Below, one piece after another: positions 24,475 to 33,560 of a stretch of 64,000 nt of DNA (positions are counted from its first letter, which is position 1; every line of letters begins with the position of its first letter). The translations under genes and the position numbers were made by a program. This stretch comes from a virus, in the IMG/VR virus record IMGVR_UViG_3300045988_179268, positions 224,001 to 288,000 of that record. One strand, written 5' to 3'. The notes beneath the pieces were generated by a model that was not told the DNA's origin, made no database searches, and saw nothing but the letters and a program-made list of their open reading frames with translations.

Positions 24475-25455
24475 GTGGCTTTTGATTGGTTGAGGGGCAT
24501 TTTTGGTGGTTCTGGTGATGGTGAGCCTGTTGAGGGTGGTGCTTTTAGGGAGTCGGGGGTTTCTGATGCTGATGTGATTGCTGAGTTGGAGGCTTCGTTG
24601 GGTGCGCCGTCTGGTGGTGTTGATGTTTCGCGTCTGGTTAGTTGTGAGTTTGGGTTGCCGGGGCATGTGTTGTTTTTGTTTAAGCCTGTGGGTGGTGGGT
24701 TTGTTTTGGATGGTGTGGTGTGTGTTGGTGTGAGTGGTCGTGGTGTTGGTGGTGTTGGTAATGGTCGTGGGGTGGTTTGTTTTGGGCAGGAGCCTGTGTT
24801 GGAGGTGTTGGGTGGTTCTAGGGTTTATTCTGTGGAGGATAATTTTAGTGAGGTTGGGCGTGGGTTGTATGGTGAGGTTTTGAGTGAGGGGTGTTTGTTT
24901 GTTGGGGTTGGTGAGTCTGGTGGTTTGGATTTGTTGAGGGTTGTTGAGTCGGATGGTGTTGATTTTATTTTGGGTGACCCGTCGTTGGTGGGTTTGGAGG
25001 TGGAGTCTTTTGATGGGGGTGAGTTTGTGTGTGTGATTGCGCATAATGTGCGTGTTGATTTGTCTGCTTCGGTTTCTGTTGGTGAGGCTGTTGGTTCTGT
25101 GGGTGATGTGGGTTCTGTGGCGCGTGAGTATGTTGGTGTTGAGGGTGCTATGGTCGGTTGGTTCTGTTGGTGGGCTTCGGCGGCTGGCGTTGAGTGGGGG
25201 TATGTTTTGGGTGACCCGCGTGGGGGTGGTTCGCCGGTGATGGATGTTCCGCTTGGCGGTATTTCGGGGTTGTTTAGTGGGCTTATTGCTGGTGTTGGCA
25301 GTATTGAGGATGTTGGTGTTAGGGTTGCTGGTTCGTTTAGGAATACTCGTTTCGGTAATGTTGAGTGGGTTGCTCCTTTGTATGATGATGGTCGTGCTTA
25401 TTATGATGAGGCGGCGCAGTTGTATGCGATGCCGGTGGTGACTGTTCTGCATTAG
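24475..25455 (+). CDS. G/V-rich hypothetical protein, paralog 2
   Basis: GTG 24475, 5 nt after GGAGG (track 24463..25455). Ends LYDDGRAYYDEAAQLYAMPVVTV like its neighbours. Extreme G+T composition. Confidence 0.5.
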   Translation: MAFDWLRGIFGGSGDGEPVEGGAFRESGVSDADVIAELEASLGAPSGGVDVSRLVSCEFGLPGHVLFLFKPVGGGFVLDGVVCVGVSGRGVGGVGNGRGVVCFGQEPVLEVLGGSRVYSVEDNFSEVGRGLYGEVLSEGCLFVGVGESGGLDLLRVVESDGVDFILGDPSLVGLEVESFDGGEFVCVIAHNVRVDLSASVSVGEAVGSVGDVGSVAREYVGVEGAMVGWFCWWASAAGVEWGYVLGDPRGGGSPVMDVPLGGISGLFSGLIAGVGSIEDVGVRVAGSFRNTRFGNVEWVAPLYDDGRAYYDEAAQLYAMPVVTVLH

Positions 25456-25577
25456 CGCCTTTACCCGCTTTCGGGGGTATGGGTTTTGCGCTGTGGGGTG
25501 TTAGAATAAGGTGTGTTGCTTGTCCCCTTTTTGGGGTTCGGTGATGCACCTTATTCTTTTTTGTTTTTGGGAGGTTT

Positions 25578-26585
25578 TTGTTGTCTTCGTCGTTCATGAA
25601 GGACCCGAATGTTGCTAGTTCGCCTGTTGATGGTCAGGTGTACAATATTGTTCCTTTGGAGGATTTGAATGAGTTTGACCGGGTGGATACGAGTCATTTC
25701 GTGTCTGAGCCTACGTTGGATTCGTTGGATGGGTTGGCTAATTTTGCGTTAGGTTCATCGTCTGAGTTCCTGTTCTTGTTTGAGGATTTGGACGGGGTTC
25801 CGGTTCTTTCTGGGATTGTGTTTGCGGTGACTACGCCTAACGGTGTTGGTCGAGCTATCTTGCCTGCGCATGACCGTATTGTGTCTAGCGTGTGGGATGA
25901 GGTTTGTAAGCGTTCCTCTTCAACTTCGCGTGAGCGTCTGTCTGTGGCGTGTGCCGAGGTACTGGTTGAGCGTGGCACAGCGTTCATGTCTGCTTATACT
26001 GATGCGTTGCCTATTGGTGTTGCTAGGAAGTTGCGTGGTAAGAATAATGGGCGTGAGGTGACAGCCCAGTATGTGTTGGATAACTATGGTTTGATGCCTC
26101 AAGATGCTGTGAAAGCACATGCTGTTGGGGTGTCTGCTGACTTCATGGTTTCGGATGCGGTGAAGGTTCTTTATCGGAAGGATTCTGAGGCTATTAACCC
26201 GGTGTCTGCGGGTCGTCCTGGGTGGGCGCATGTGGGTTGGTTGCAGTGGCGTATGAGTCCGACTACAGGTCTTGAGTTAGGATTGGGCTTTGGTGCTCCT
26301 TTTGGGGAGGCTGATTCTTTGCCTTACGTGCCGCTGGTTCCCGTCTTTAAAGACACCTTTAAGCGTATGGTTATGGCGTATTCTCCTTCTGAGGGTGCCG
26401 TCGGTGCTACATTTATGTCCATCATTCAGGATGGCACGTTTAAGGGTAACGGTGACGAGTTCACTATTGGTGGCGCACTTTATAATGACGGCAGGTACGC
26501 TTATGATTCCGCTTCGGGGGTTTATGCTATGCCTATTATTATTGAACAGCCGCGCGCCACGGCTAAGGTGTTCATGGTGAACTAG
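25578..26585 (+). CDS. hypothetical protein, paralog 3
   Basis: TTG start after GGGAGG. More ordinary composition. Ends LYNDGRYAYDSASGVYAMPIIIE. Confidence 0.65.
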   Translation: MLSSSFMKDPNVASSPVDGQVYNIVPLEDLNEFDRVDTSHFVSEPTLDSLDGLANFALGSSSEFLFLFEDLDGVPVLSGIVFAVTTPNGVGRAILPAHDRIVSSVWDEVCKRSSSTSRERLSVACAEVLVERGTAFMSAYTDALPIGVARKLRGKNNGREVTAQYVLDNYGLMPQDAVKAHAVGVSADFMVSDAVKVLYRKDSEAINPVSAGRPGWAHVGWLQWRMSPTTGLELGLGFGAPFGEADSLPYVPLVPVFKDTFKRMVMAYSPSEGAVGATFMSIIQDGTFKGNGDEFTIGGALYNDGRYAYDSASGVYAMPIIIEQPRATAKVFMVN

Positions 26586-26813
26586 TAGAAGTGCCAGTTA
26601 AGTGATATGTTTCACACTGGAAATGGTTGTTTTGAAGTGAAATAGCCTTTTGAGTGTGCTAGACTAGTGTTATCCACAAGTGGTGCGAGGATAAACGCCC
26701 TTCGTGCCACTGCTTAGGTGGTAAAAATTATTCATTTTAACCTACTATTTATGCATTGTGGATGACTGTATGCTGGGGAGGCTTTATAGTGCTCTTTTAA
26801 AGCCTCCCCTCTA

Positions 26814-26894
26814 GCGCTTGTGGCGGAATTGGCAGACGCGCCTGGCTCAAAATCAGGTTCCTTTGGAGTGTGGGTTCGAGTCCCACCTGGCGCA
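26814..26894 (+). tRNA. tRNA-Leu (CAA)
   Basis: Acceptor GCGCTTG/CTGGCGC, anticodon arm CCTGG-CTCAAAA-TCAGG, variable arm, T arm GTGGG-TTCGAGT-CCCAC. Isolated from the main cluster. Confidence 0.8.
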
Positions 26895-27013
26895 CTCCTG
26901 TAACGGCGTAAAACCGTGTCCCAAGTCTTTCTGGGATGTGGGTATCAGAAGGGGTTTTTAAAGGTTTCACTCTTCTGTAAACAACATTCATGATTGATGA
27001 ATGCCTTTCTGTT

Positions 27014-27055
27014 GCATGACCCTCTTACCTTCGGGTGAGAGGGTCATGCTGTTTC
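27014..27055 (+). terminator. rho-independent terminator
   Basis: GCATGACCCTC..GAGGGTCATGC stem followed by TGTTT. Confidence 0.7.
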
Positions 27056-27058
27056 CAT

Positions 27059-27088
27059 TTTGCAAGCCTGCTAGATATGTGGTACACT
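27059..27088 (+). promoter_or_regulatory. promoter (TTGCAA -35, ATATGTGGTACACT)
   Basis: Consensus motif upstream of 27142..27648. Confidence 0.65.
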
Positions 27089-27141
27089 TGAGTTAATAGC
27101 TTATTTTGTTTATTAATCTACAAGAAGGAATTACAAACCTT

Positions 27142-27648
27142 ATGCGCCCCTACGCCCGTACCTCTTCCCCTCGCACTCAGCTCCAGTCTCTTAAGGCACC
27201 TGTGTATCGAGAGATGAATAAGGTTAAGAATCGTATTGCTACTGAGAATACCCGCAATAACAATATTCTCATTAATACTCTTACCCCCTTGCTGTTTAAT
27301 TACCCTGAGTCTGAGGAGCGAACTCAGAAGACTCGCCTTCTGTTGGATGCGTCCGGCATTCATACTGCTAATATTGCTGTTCTGAGTAAGAAGAATGAGA
27401 AGTTGATGACTCTCTATGGGCAGTTGGTGACTGCTGAGCATCGAGCTTTGGTTACTCAGGTTTTTGTGGATGGACTCAATGATGAGTTTCAGAAGATTTT
27501 GAAGATGGATGGTGATTTGCGTTCGCCGTCTGCTGAGCTTCGTCGGTCGGTTGAGGATGTGCGCGCGCTAGTTTCTCCCGCTAAGACCAAGTTTAACCTG
27601 CCGCCCGTTCGGGCTTATGTATTGCCGCGTGAGTCTGTTGCGGCGTAA
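27142..27648 (+). CDS. hypothetical protein
   Basis: Track 27106..27648. I moved the start to ATG 27142 after AAGAAGGAA. Confidence 0.7.
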   Translation: MRPYARTSSPRTQLQSLKAPVYREMNKVKNRIATENTRNNNILINTLTPLLFNYPESEERTQKTRLLLDASGIHTANIAVLSKKNEKLMTLYGQLVTAEHRALVTQVFVDGLNDEFQKILKMDGDLRSPSAELRRSVEDVRALVSPAKTKFNLPPVRAYVLPRESVAA

Positions 27649-27765
27649 GGGCTTTACAGTACGCAAAATATGTGATATACTATAAATAAATTTATTCTAC
27701 TAGGCTGACTACATTCCGCATATAGGGTACTGAGTCAGCCCGCCAAAACAAGGAGATATTAAAAT

Positions 27766-28986
27766 ATGGAAACCACTGTTAAGCGAACTCTCGAAACTCC
27801 GCTGGATGCAACCGTCCGAGGTAATATTATTGCCGCCCGTAAGAATCAGGAAACCGGCACCGAATTTTACAACCTGTCTGCATATTACAAGGAACTGCTT
27901 GGGTTCCCTTATGCTTTTTCTACCCCGTCGCCACAGCATGTCGTTATTGACGAGAATCATTACCGCACTACAACTCTTAGCCCCCTAGATAGTGCGACTG
28001 TAGAGCATCTGACCCTGACTGCTTCCGAGAAGACCCCTGTCATTATCGAGGGCGTAGCTATCACTGGTCAGTATGTTGTAGGTTCAACTGGTGCTGTTCA
28101 CAGTCTGGTTGATTTGGGTAGTGTGGATGAGAACTACCTTATTGGCACTGGTCGTAGCATCTTCTATGCGCCGGTTAAGACCAAGGTCTTCTATTCGGTT
28201 GGTAACCTTGCGGCGAAGTATGGTCACCTGGGGGGCGTTGCAATGATTAACACTCTTGTGACGATGTACCGCGACTCCCACCCTGGCTATAAGAACGCTA
28301 TTGAGAAGGGTGAGTTGGAGGATTTTATTAAGTTTGCGGAGGCTCAGCCTAAGGGTGCCCGCGCTTTGGCTCTAAATGCTCCTAAGAGTGATGAGCCGCC
28401 TGCCGATTTCACTCTAGTCCCTTCCCTTGATGGCGCTGTTGTTGATAACCCTGCCGTGGTTTACAGTAATGAGCTTCTTTGTCGCTCCCTGTACCTTTCT
28501 CCTGAGCGTCACCGCGCCCTGGGTGGTACTGGTAAGCTCCCCGTATTCCTTGCCGCTGATGTCCGCCCTCGCGTAGAGGTGCTATTGAAGGCGGCGGGCC
28601 GTTCGCTGACTTATGATTTTGCGTGGCGTAAGGGTGTGCCGACTTCTCCGCTGTACACGGCAGAGCAGTACACTATGATTCGCTCTTGGATTCGCGCTGA
28701 GGGCGACAAGAAAAAGCCGTCTGATGAGTGGGTTGAACAGGCACGCGAGGTTTTCCCTGCCACTAAGCCGACCACCATGTATGCTTTGAGCCGACCCTTG
28801 CGCACTATTGTCGTGAATCAGGGTGAGGATATTGTGGTTGATGCCATTAAGAAGCATAAGGCTGAGATGGTGAAGATTGTCCGATTCAATAGTAAGGGCG
28901 TGGAGCCTATTAAGCTCCCTAGCTTGCTGTACACCAAGGAAACCGCTGATGCTCTTATGGGGGAGCTGACAGGTAAGGGTATCTAG
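27766..28986 (+). CDS. hypothetical protein
   Basis: Long ORF with RBS AAGGAGA. Promoter variant AATATGTGATATACT at 27668-27681. Confidence 0.8.
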   Translation: METTVKRTLETPLDATVRGNIIAARKNQETGTEFYNLSAYYKELLGFPYAFSTPSPQHVVIDENHYRTTTLSPLDSATVEHLTLTASEKTPVIIEGVAITGQYVVGSTGAVHSLVDLGSVDENYLIGTGRSIFYAPVKTKVFYSVGNLAAKYGHLGGVAMINTLVTMYRDSHPGYKNAIEKGELEDFIKFAEAQPKGARALALNAPKSDEPPADFTLVPSLDGAVVDNPAVVYSNELLCRSLYLSPERHRALGGTGKLPVFLAADVRPRVEVLLKAAGRSLTYDFAWRKGVPTSPLYTAEQYTMIRSWIRAEGDKKKPSDEWVEQAREVFPATKPTTMYALSRPLRTIVVNQGEDIVVDAIKKHKAEMVKIVRFNSKGVEPIKLPSLLYTKETADALMGELTGKGI

Positions 28987-29135
28987 ATAGATTAAGTGGG
29001 GGTGTTAGGCGTATTACCTAACACCCCCACTTGTATCCCATTGCAATATGTGGTACACTTTAATTAATATGCAAGAAAGTTGGAGGCAATGAATACAGCC
29101 TTCCAGTAAAATAACTAACTTAAAGGAGAAACCTT

Positions 29136-29738
29136 ATGACCCCCACCCCGCTTATTATGGCAAAGACTGCGCCTAAGCCGCGCCCGCCAAAGAGTCGCCC
29201 TCAGTACGCGAATAAGACTTCTAAGAAGGAGCCTCGTGAACTGGGCGTAGAGGCAACCCTGGCATACCCTGACTGGTATGCAGGGCACAATATGCGTGAG
29301 TATTTCCGAGCCGTAGAAGCAACCCTCAAGGGAATTAAGGAAAAGGGTATTAAGGTAACCTATACGGCGGCATATAACGCATACAGTAACCGTTACACCA
29401 TTAGCTTGCGCCTTAAGAACAAGCGAAACAGCCTACTGACCACCAATGTACGGGGCGCATCATACCCGATTAAGTTCACCACCAACCCCTACACTGCTGT
29501 TGCCGACCACGGGCGCGAAGCACCTTACGAACTTTCCGCCTTTGCGGGTGTCCTAGATAAGGTTGCTCTAGCGAACCGAACCGAAGTGTCTCGCATTGAA
29601 ACACCTATTACCAGCAACAACCCTAGCGACAAGGCTCTTACTAACGGCGTGTACCGTCTGCACCTCAAGCTTCACCCTAAAAGTGGGGCTCAGCGTCGGG
29701 TAGAAAAGCTTAAGCGTGACGCACGTGAACAGGGGTAG
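29136..29738 (+). CDS. hypothetical basic protein
   Basis: RBS AAAGGAGAA and promoter motif at 29046-29059. Lys/Arg/Pro-rich N-terminus. Confidence 0.75.
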   Translation: MTPTPLIMAKTAPKPRPPKSRPQYANKTSKKEPRELGVEATLAYPDWYAGHNMREYFRAVEATLKGIKEKGIKVTYTAAYNAYSNRYTISLRLKNKRNSLLTTNVRGASYPIKFTTNPYTAVADHGREAPYELSAFAGVLDKVALANRTEVSRIETPITSNNPSDKALTNGVYRLHLKLHPKSGAQRRVEKLKRDAREQG

Positions 29739-30637
29739 TGGGCACGATGCTAGATTGGCTTAACAGTAATGGCACAACAACTGTTGTCAATACTGCGTTC
29801 ACTATCGTCCTCCTACTGATATTTCTTTTTCTTCTTATTCTGCACCTGCTAAGTAAGCGTGATAATGAAGGGGCGCTAGGTGCGCCTATCGACTTGACTG
29901 AGGTAGAGGAGGAAAGCGACCACGATTACGGAAGCTGGCTAGACCTCACCCCCGAGGAACCCATACTCGACACCGATGACACTAAAGACATCCCCCTTGA
30001 TTGGTCATACACTCCGATTCGTCGTGATGCAAGCGATTGGGCAAAGGAACTCGACTTAACTTTAGGTAGGCGCGCCACAACGTTCCGTACAGCCGGTTCA
30101 CAGCGGCGAACCTACACGAAGTACAACCCTCGTTCTGCACGACCGCAAGGCATTATTTATGCGCGAACTGAACAGGTCAGTGAGGCACGAAATATCAACC
30201 TGTATGTAGGCGTGGATACCTCAGCGTCTATGAATGAGTATGCACAGTCGCGTCGTGCCGCGCAAGCGCTTGATGAGATTATCCGTAAGGACAACTACCA
30301 CACGCTAGTGACATGCGTAGATACCGTTTTTAAGGGGTGGCAGAGCGGCAGTAAGGTTGAAGAGATTTTCGTATCCGGTGGCGGCGGAACCTACATGACT
30401 TCCTTCTTTGAAGAACTCGACAAGATTCGCTGTAACCCTAGCGAGAAACTTACCACCCCTGACGCGGCAGTACTGATTACCGACGGCGAGCTGAATGACT
30501 GCGACTGGGAGAACATTATTGGGCACACACAAACTTTCAGTAGGCAAGAAATGCCCGTATTCATTATCATCACTAACCCGAAGATTAATCCGCCGGAACC
30601 TTTAAAGAACTTCGCCTACGTTTACCACGCTGAATAA
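29738..30637 (+). CDS. von Willebrand factor A (vWA) domain protein with N-terminal TM helix
   Basis: MIDAS-like VGVDTSASM and downstream GGGGTYM. The start overlaps the upstream stop (alternative ATG 29747). Confidence 0.75.
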   Translation: MGTMLDWLNSNGTTTVVNTAFTIVLLLIFLFLLILHLLSKRDNEGALGAPIDLTEVEEESDHDYGSWLDLTPEEPILDTDDTKDIPLDWSYTPIRRDASDWAKELDLTLGRRATTFRTAGSQRRTYTKYNPRSARPQGIIYARTEQVSEARNINLYVGVDTSASMNEYAQSRRAAQALDEIIRKDNYHTLVTCVDTVFKGWQSGSKVEEIFVSGGGGTYMTSFFEELDKIRCNPSEKLTTPDAAVLITDGELNDCDWENIIGHTQTFSRQEMPVFIIITNPKINPPEPLKNFAYVYHAE

Positions 30638-30664
30638 CTAGCTAACCAGAAAGAGTTAAACCTT

Positions 30665-32125
30665 ATGCTTGAAGTGCAGGATGTAAACCTTGCCGATGCA
30701 ATTGACATCATTGAAGATACCGCGTTTCCACAGTACGACGAAATCACTGGGGAATTTGTGGCACCTGGAGAGAACGTCTTCCTTATCGGTCCCGCCGGTG
30801 TAGGTAAGACACAGGCTATCAATGCCCTTGCCGAGAAGATGGGGTACGAACTTATCACCCTTATTACCTCACAGATGAACGCTGAACAATTCCAAGGCAT
30901 CCCGTCTGTAGGGTCTATCACCGCCACGAACAGTAAGGGTGAGAGCGTAAAGTACCCGTCGGTCGAGTACCTGCTTGACGCATGGCAGGCGAAAACATTC
31001 ACTCTAGCAGACAGCGGCAAGCCGGTCGTACTATTTTTTGACGAATTGCGTAACGCGCCACTGGATGTACTTGCCGCATCTCTTAACATCCTGGCAGACC
31101 GCAAGGTGAACGGCATTGACCTCCCCAAGGAAACGGTTATCATTGCCGCATCAAACTCTGGTAAGGATTCTGTGAATCCGTCTAGGTTTAGCACGCCCAT
31201 TCAGGGGCGCTTTACCTGGTATGCGGTTCGCCAGACTGTCGAAGATTGGTGTGCGGGCGCTGAAACTAATTGGGGCAAGCGACTCACCTATAAAGAAAGT
31301 ATTATCCGTACAGCAATTGTGGACGCGATTCGTGACGGCAAGGCTACGCTTATGGAGCCTACCGGAAACGGTGGTGCTCCCGCAAACCTAAGTGTTGGAG
31401 GCTCCAGCGTTGAGGCTCGTGAGGTGGCTGAGTTTGCGTGGCGTTCCCCACGAAGCTGGAACAGGCTTATTTCTCAGCTGAGCGCTATTCGCACTAAGGG
31501 TCGTTCAGCGGCTGTCTGGTCGCAACGTGCAACTACTGTTACTACTGGAACTGTTGGACTTTTGGGTTTTCGGGAGATTGAAGGCATCCTTAAGTCGCTT
31601 TCTGCTTCTGTGTGCGATATTCAGAAGCAGGTTGCTTCGGCTCAGGGACAGCGTGACTTAGCTAAGACGTTCGGTCAGAGAATCTATAATGAAGGTCGCT
31701 GTACCGCAACTTTAAGGAGCATGTTCCGTGAGTACAAGGGACTTCTTGGCTCATGGACGGCATTGCAGGACTTAACTGGTGCTGTTTCATCAGGTTTCCT
31801 GGAGCGTGTTAATGAGCGCTTGACTGACATGAATCTAAGCGATAATGACCATGCTAAGAAGCAGGTGGCTGATGAAATTTGGCGGGCTGTTTCTATCCTT
31901 AAGAATTTCCATGAAGACCTTGCATCTGAAAGTGAAAATAACTTTGATATTGACTTGATGGTTACTTCCGACATTACCACTAAGCTTGTTGAAGATTGGA
32001 ATGCGTTCTGGCACGCAAGCTTGGGGCTGGAGTTCTCTGGGTCGGGAACAGATTTTTCTCCCAATAATTTGAAGGATTCCGCAATGAATATGTTGAAGAA
32101 TGTGCGTAAAACTTTAGCTTCCTAG
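30665..32125 (+). CDS. AAA+ ATPase, MoxR/CobS-like
   Basis: Walker A GPAGVGKT, Walker B VVLFFDE. AWRSPRSWNRLI is shared with the 43940..45490 paralog. Confidence 0.8.
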   Translation: MLEVQDVNLADAIDIIEDTAFPQYDEITGEFVAPGENVFLIGPAGVGKTQAINALAEKMGYELITLITSQMNAEQFQGIPSVGSITATNSKGESVKYPSVEYLLDAWQAKTFTLADSGKPVVLFFDELRNAPLDVLAASLNILADRKVNGIDLPKETVIIAASNSGKDSVNPSRFSTPIQGRFTWYAVRQTVEDWCAGAETNWGKRLTYKESIIRTAIVDAIRDGKATLMEPTGNGGAPANLSVGGSSVEAREVAEFAWRSPRSWNRLISQLSAIRTKGRSAAVWSQRATTVTTGTVGLLGFREIEGILKSLSASVCDIQKQVASAQGQRDLAKTFGQRIYNEGRCTATLRSMFREYKGLLGSWTALQDLTGAVSSGFLERVNERLTDMNLSDNDHAKKQVADEIWRAVSILKNFHEDLASESENNFDIDLMVTSDITTKLVEDWNAFWHASLGLEFSGSGTDFSPNNLKDSAMNMLKNVRKTLAS

Positions 32126-32291
32126 ATTAAGTGCCTGGCATCCCATGCAAATGTGTCGGGGCACCAAACCCATGTTTACCTGTGGGGTTTAATTCATTCA
32201 TTAACCCCCACAGGTAAACGGTTGCATATGCCATACAATATGTGATATACTATCTTTGTAATATATTTTTTTGAAATGTTATAGAAGGAAC

Positions 32292-32927
32292 ATGCAGACT
32301 ATCCCTATCGCCACCCGTGAACAGGTGGACATTCCCGCAGGTAGCTACCTAGCCATCCATTCGGAGAATACCAACCCAAAGGTGCCGCCGCATATCGCAG
32401 ACTTGTTCGCGCACTTCATTACCCACCCTGGACAGGAACACTACCCCGCACTCCTACACACCCCTGACGGTCAGACCATTAAGAACATCGACACTGGTGA
32501 AGCAGTAGGAATCATTAAGCCCCGGAAAGAGAAGAATGGTAACTACCTTCTAGTTTTTCATACGGATGCCCCAAAGACAGAAACCGTGCTTCTCACCGTG
32601 CTCATCTTCGATGTTGAGTCAAAACATGATGCCCAGAAGCTATTGGAGGAGCATTTTTCCAATCTGGTAGCCGAAAATCGCGTCAAGGTTTGGGAAAGCT
32701 ACGCGCGCACTCTCGTTGAGAAGGGCGTGAGTACTGAACGTGTCCAGCAGATTAGCGACCTTATCCGTAAGTCTATTCGGGAGGGCAACACTGCTGAGGG
32801 CCTTGCCGCCGCTGAAACTGCACTGCAAGAGGCAGTGATTGAGGCTTCAAAGGTCTTGCAAGCGCAGGCTGATGCGGCAATGGAAGCACACCATAAGATT
32901 CAGGAGGAAGAGAACTATGGCAACTAA
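32292..32927 (+). CDS. hypothetical protein
   Basis: Track 32271..32927. ATG 32292 follows GAAGGAA. Promoter at 32222-32251. Confidence 0.7.
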   Translation: MQTIPIATREQVDIPAGSYLAIHSENTNPKVPPHIADLFAHFITHPGQEHYPALLHTPDGQTIKNIDTGEAVGIIKPRKEKNGNYLLVFHTDAPKTETVLLTVLIFDVESKHDAQKLLEEHFSNLVAENRVKVWESYARTLVEKGVSTERVQQISDLIRKSIREGNTAEGLAAAETALQEAVIEASKVLQAQADAAMEAHHKIQEEENYGN

Positions 32928-33294
32928 CGACATTAATTTCATTAACTATGTTGTCGCTGAATGTGTGATTGCTGATTATGGGCACATTATGAGCGCCCGC
33001 TTCGAGGAATGCACGCCAACCCCCGGCGTGACAAAGAAACTTCCTCGTGAAGTTTACGCCGCCGCTTACGGCGCGTTTAAGGGAACGTGGTCTGTTGGTA
33101 GTGAAATTCATACCTGGCAGTTTGAGTACGACATGTTAAATCCTCTCATTGAGGCTTTCAGTATTAAGACTAACGGTAAGTATAAGATGACTGCCGTTAT
33201 TCACGACAGGATTACGCTCAAAAAGGGCGCATCACACCACCGTATCCTTTTTGAAGTTGCCGCTGTTCCTGAGATGGGAGACACTGATGAGTAG
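32917..33294 (+). CDS. hypothetical protein
   Basis: ATG 32917 after AGGAGGAAG. Overlaps the upstream stop by 11 nt, suggesting translational coupling. Confidence 0.7.
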   Translation: MATNDINFINYVVAECVIADYGHIMSARFEECTPTPGVTKKLPREVYAAAYGAFKGTWSVGSEIHTWQFEYDMLNPLIEAFSIKTNGKYKMTAVIHDRITLKKGASHHRILFEVAAVPEMGDTDE

Positions 33295-33544
33295 CACAGA
33301 TAATGTAACTCTCGCTTTGAACGCCATTAAGCGGCGCTACCGCTACAGCCTTAAACTTACTGAGGCGGCACCACTATTGGCAAGAGAGCTTAAGGGCATT
33401 ACCCTCAATAAGCCTGTCGAGTACGAAATTTGGGCGGCTCATAAGAAAATGGAAGAACTGCTTATTGAACGTGCAGGTGACGGGCACGAAACCCTTACTG
33501 AGTGGTGCTTCGCCCCTGTTAATAAAACCCACACCAAGAACTAG
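33287..33544 (+). CDS. hypothetical protein
   Basis: ATG 33287 overlaps the upstream stop (ATGAGTAG). RBS GGGAG. Confidence 0.65.
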   Translation: MSSTDNVTLALNAIKRRYRYSLKLTEAAPLLARELKGITLNKPVEYEIWAAHKKMEELLIERAGDGHETLTEWCFAPVNKTHTKN

Positions 33545-33560
33545 CCAGAGGAGAGAAATT

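Noticed and set aside
23423-25441. Additional plus-strand ORFs in other frames of the GT-rich block (23423..23605, 23609..23884, 25037..25240, 25244..25441) and minus-strand 23593..23973
   Set aside because: They are open only because A-depletion removes stop codons. No RBS precedes them, and they overlap the better-supported frame.
24442-25452. 336-aa minus-strand ORF (T/N/R/H/Q-rich)
   Set aside because: This strand is A+C rich and almost lacks T, so stop codons cannot occur. The product is low-complexity, and there is no RBS. The plus-strand ORF shares a C-terminal motif with its neighbours.
23250-25460. Diversity-generating retroelement as the cause of the A-depleted block
   Set aside because: There is no reverse transcriptase, and I see no template/variable repeat pair. 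The depletion affects both A and C over 2 kb rather than A positions in a short variable region.
30622-31200. 192-aa minus-strand ORF antisense to the AAA+ ATPase gene (similarly 44732..45268, 46600..47106, 52298..52708, 53608..54003, 54696..55160, 58315..58812)
   Set aside because: These are antisense to ORFs that have recognisable motifs or family conservation, and they have no RBS.
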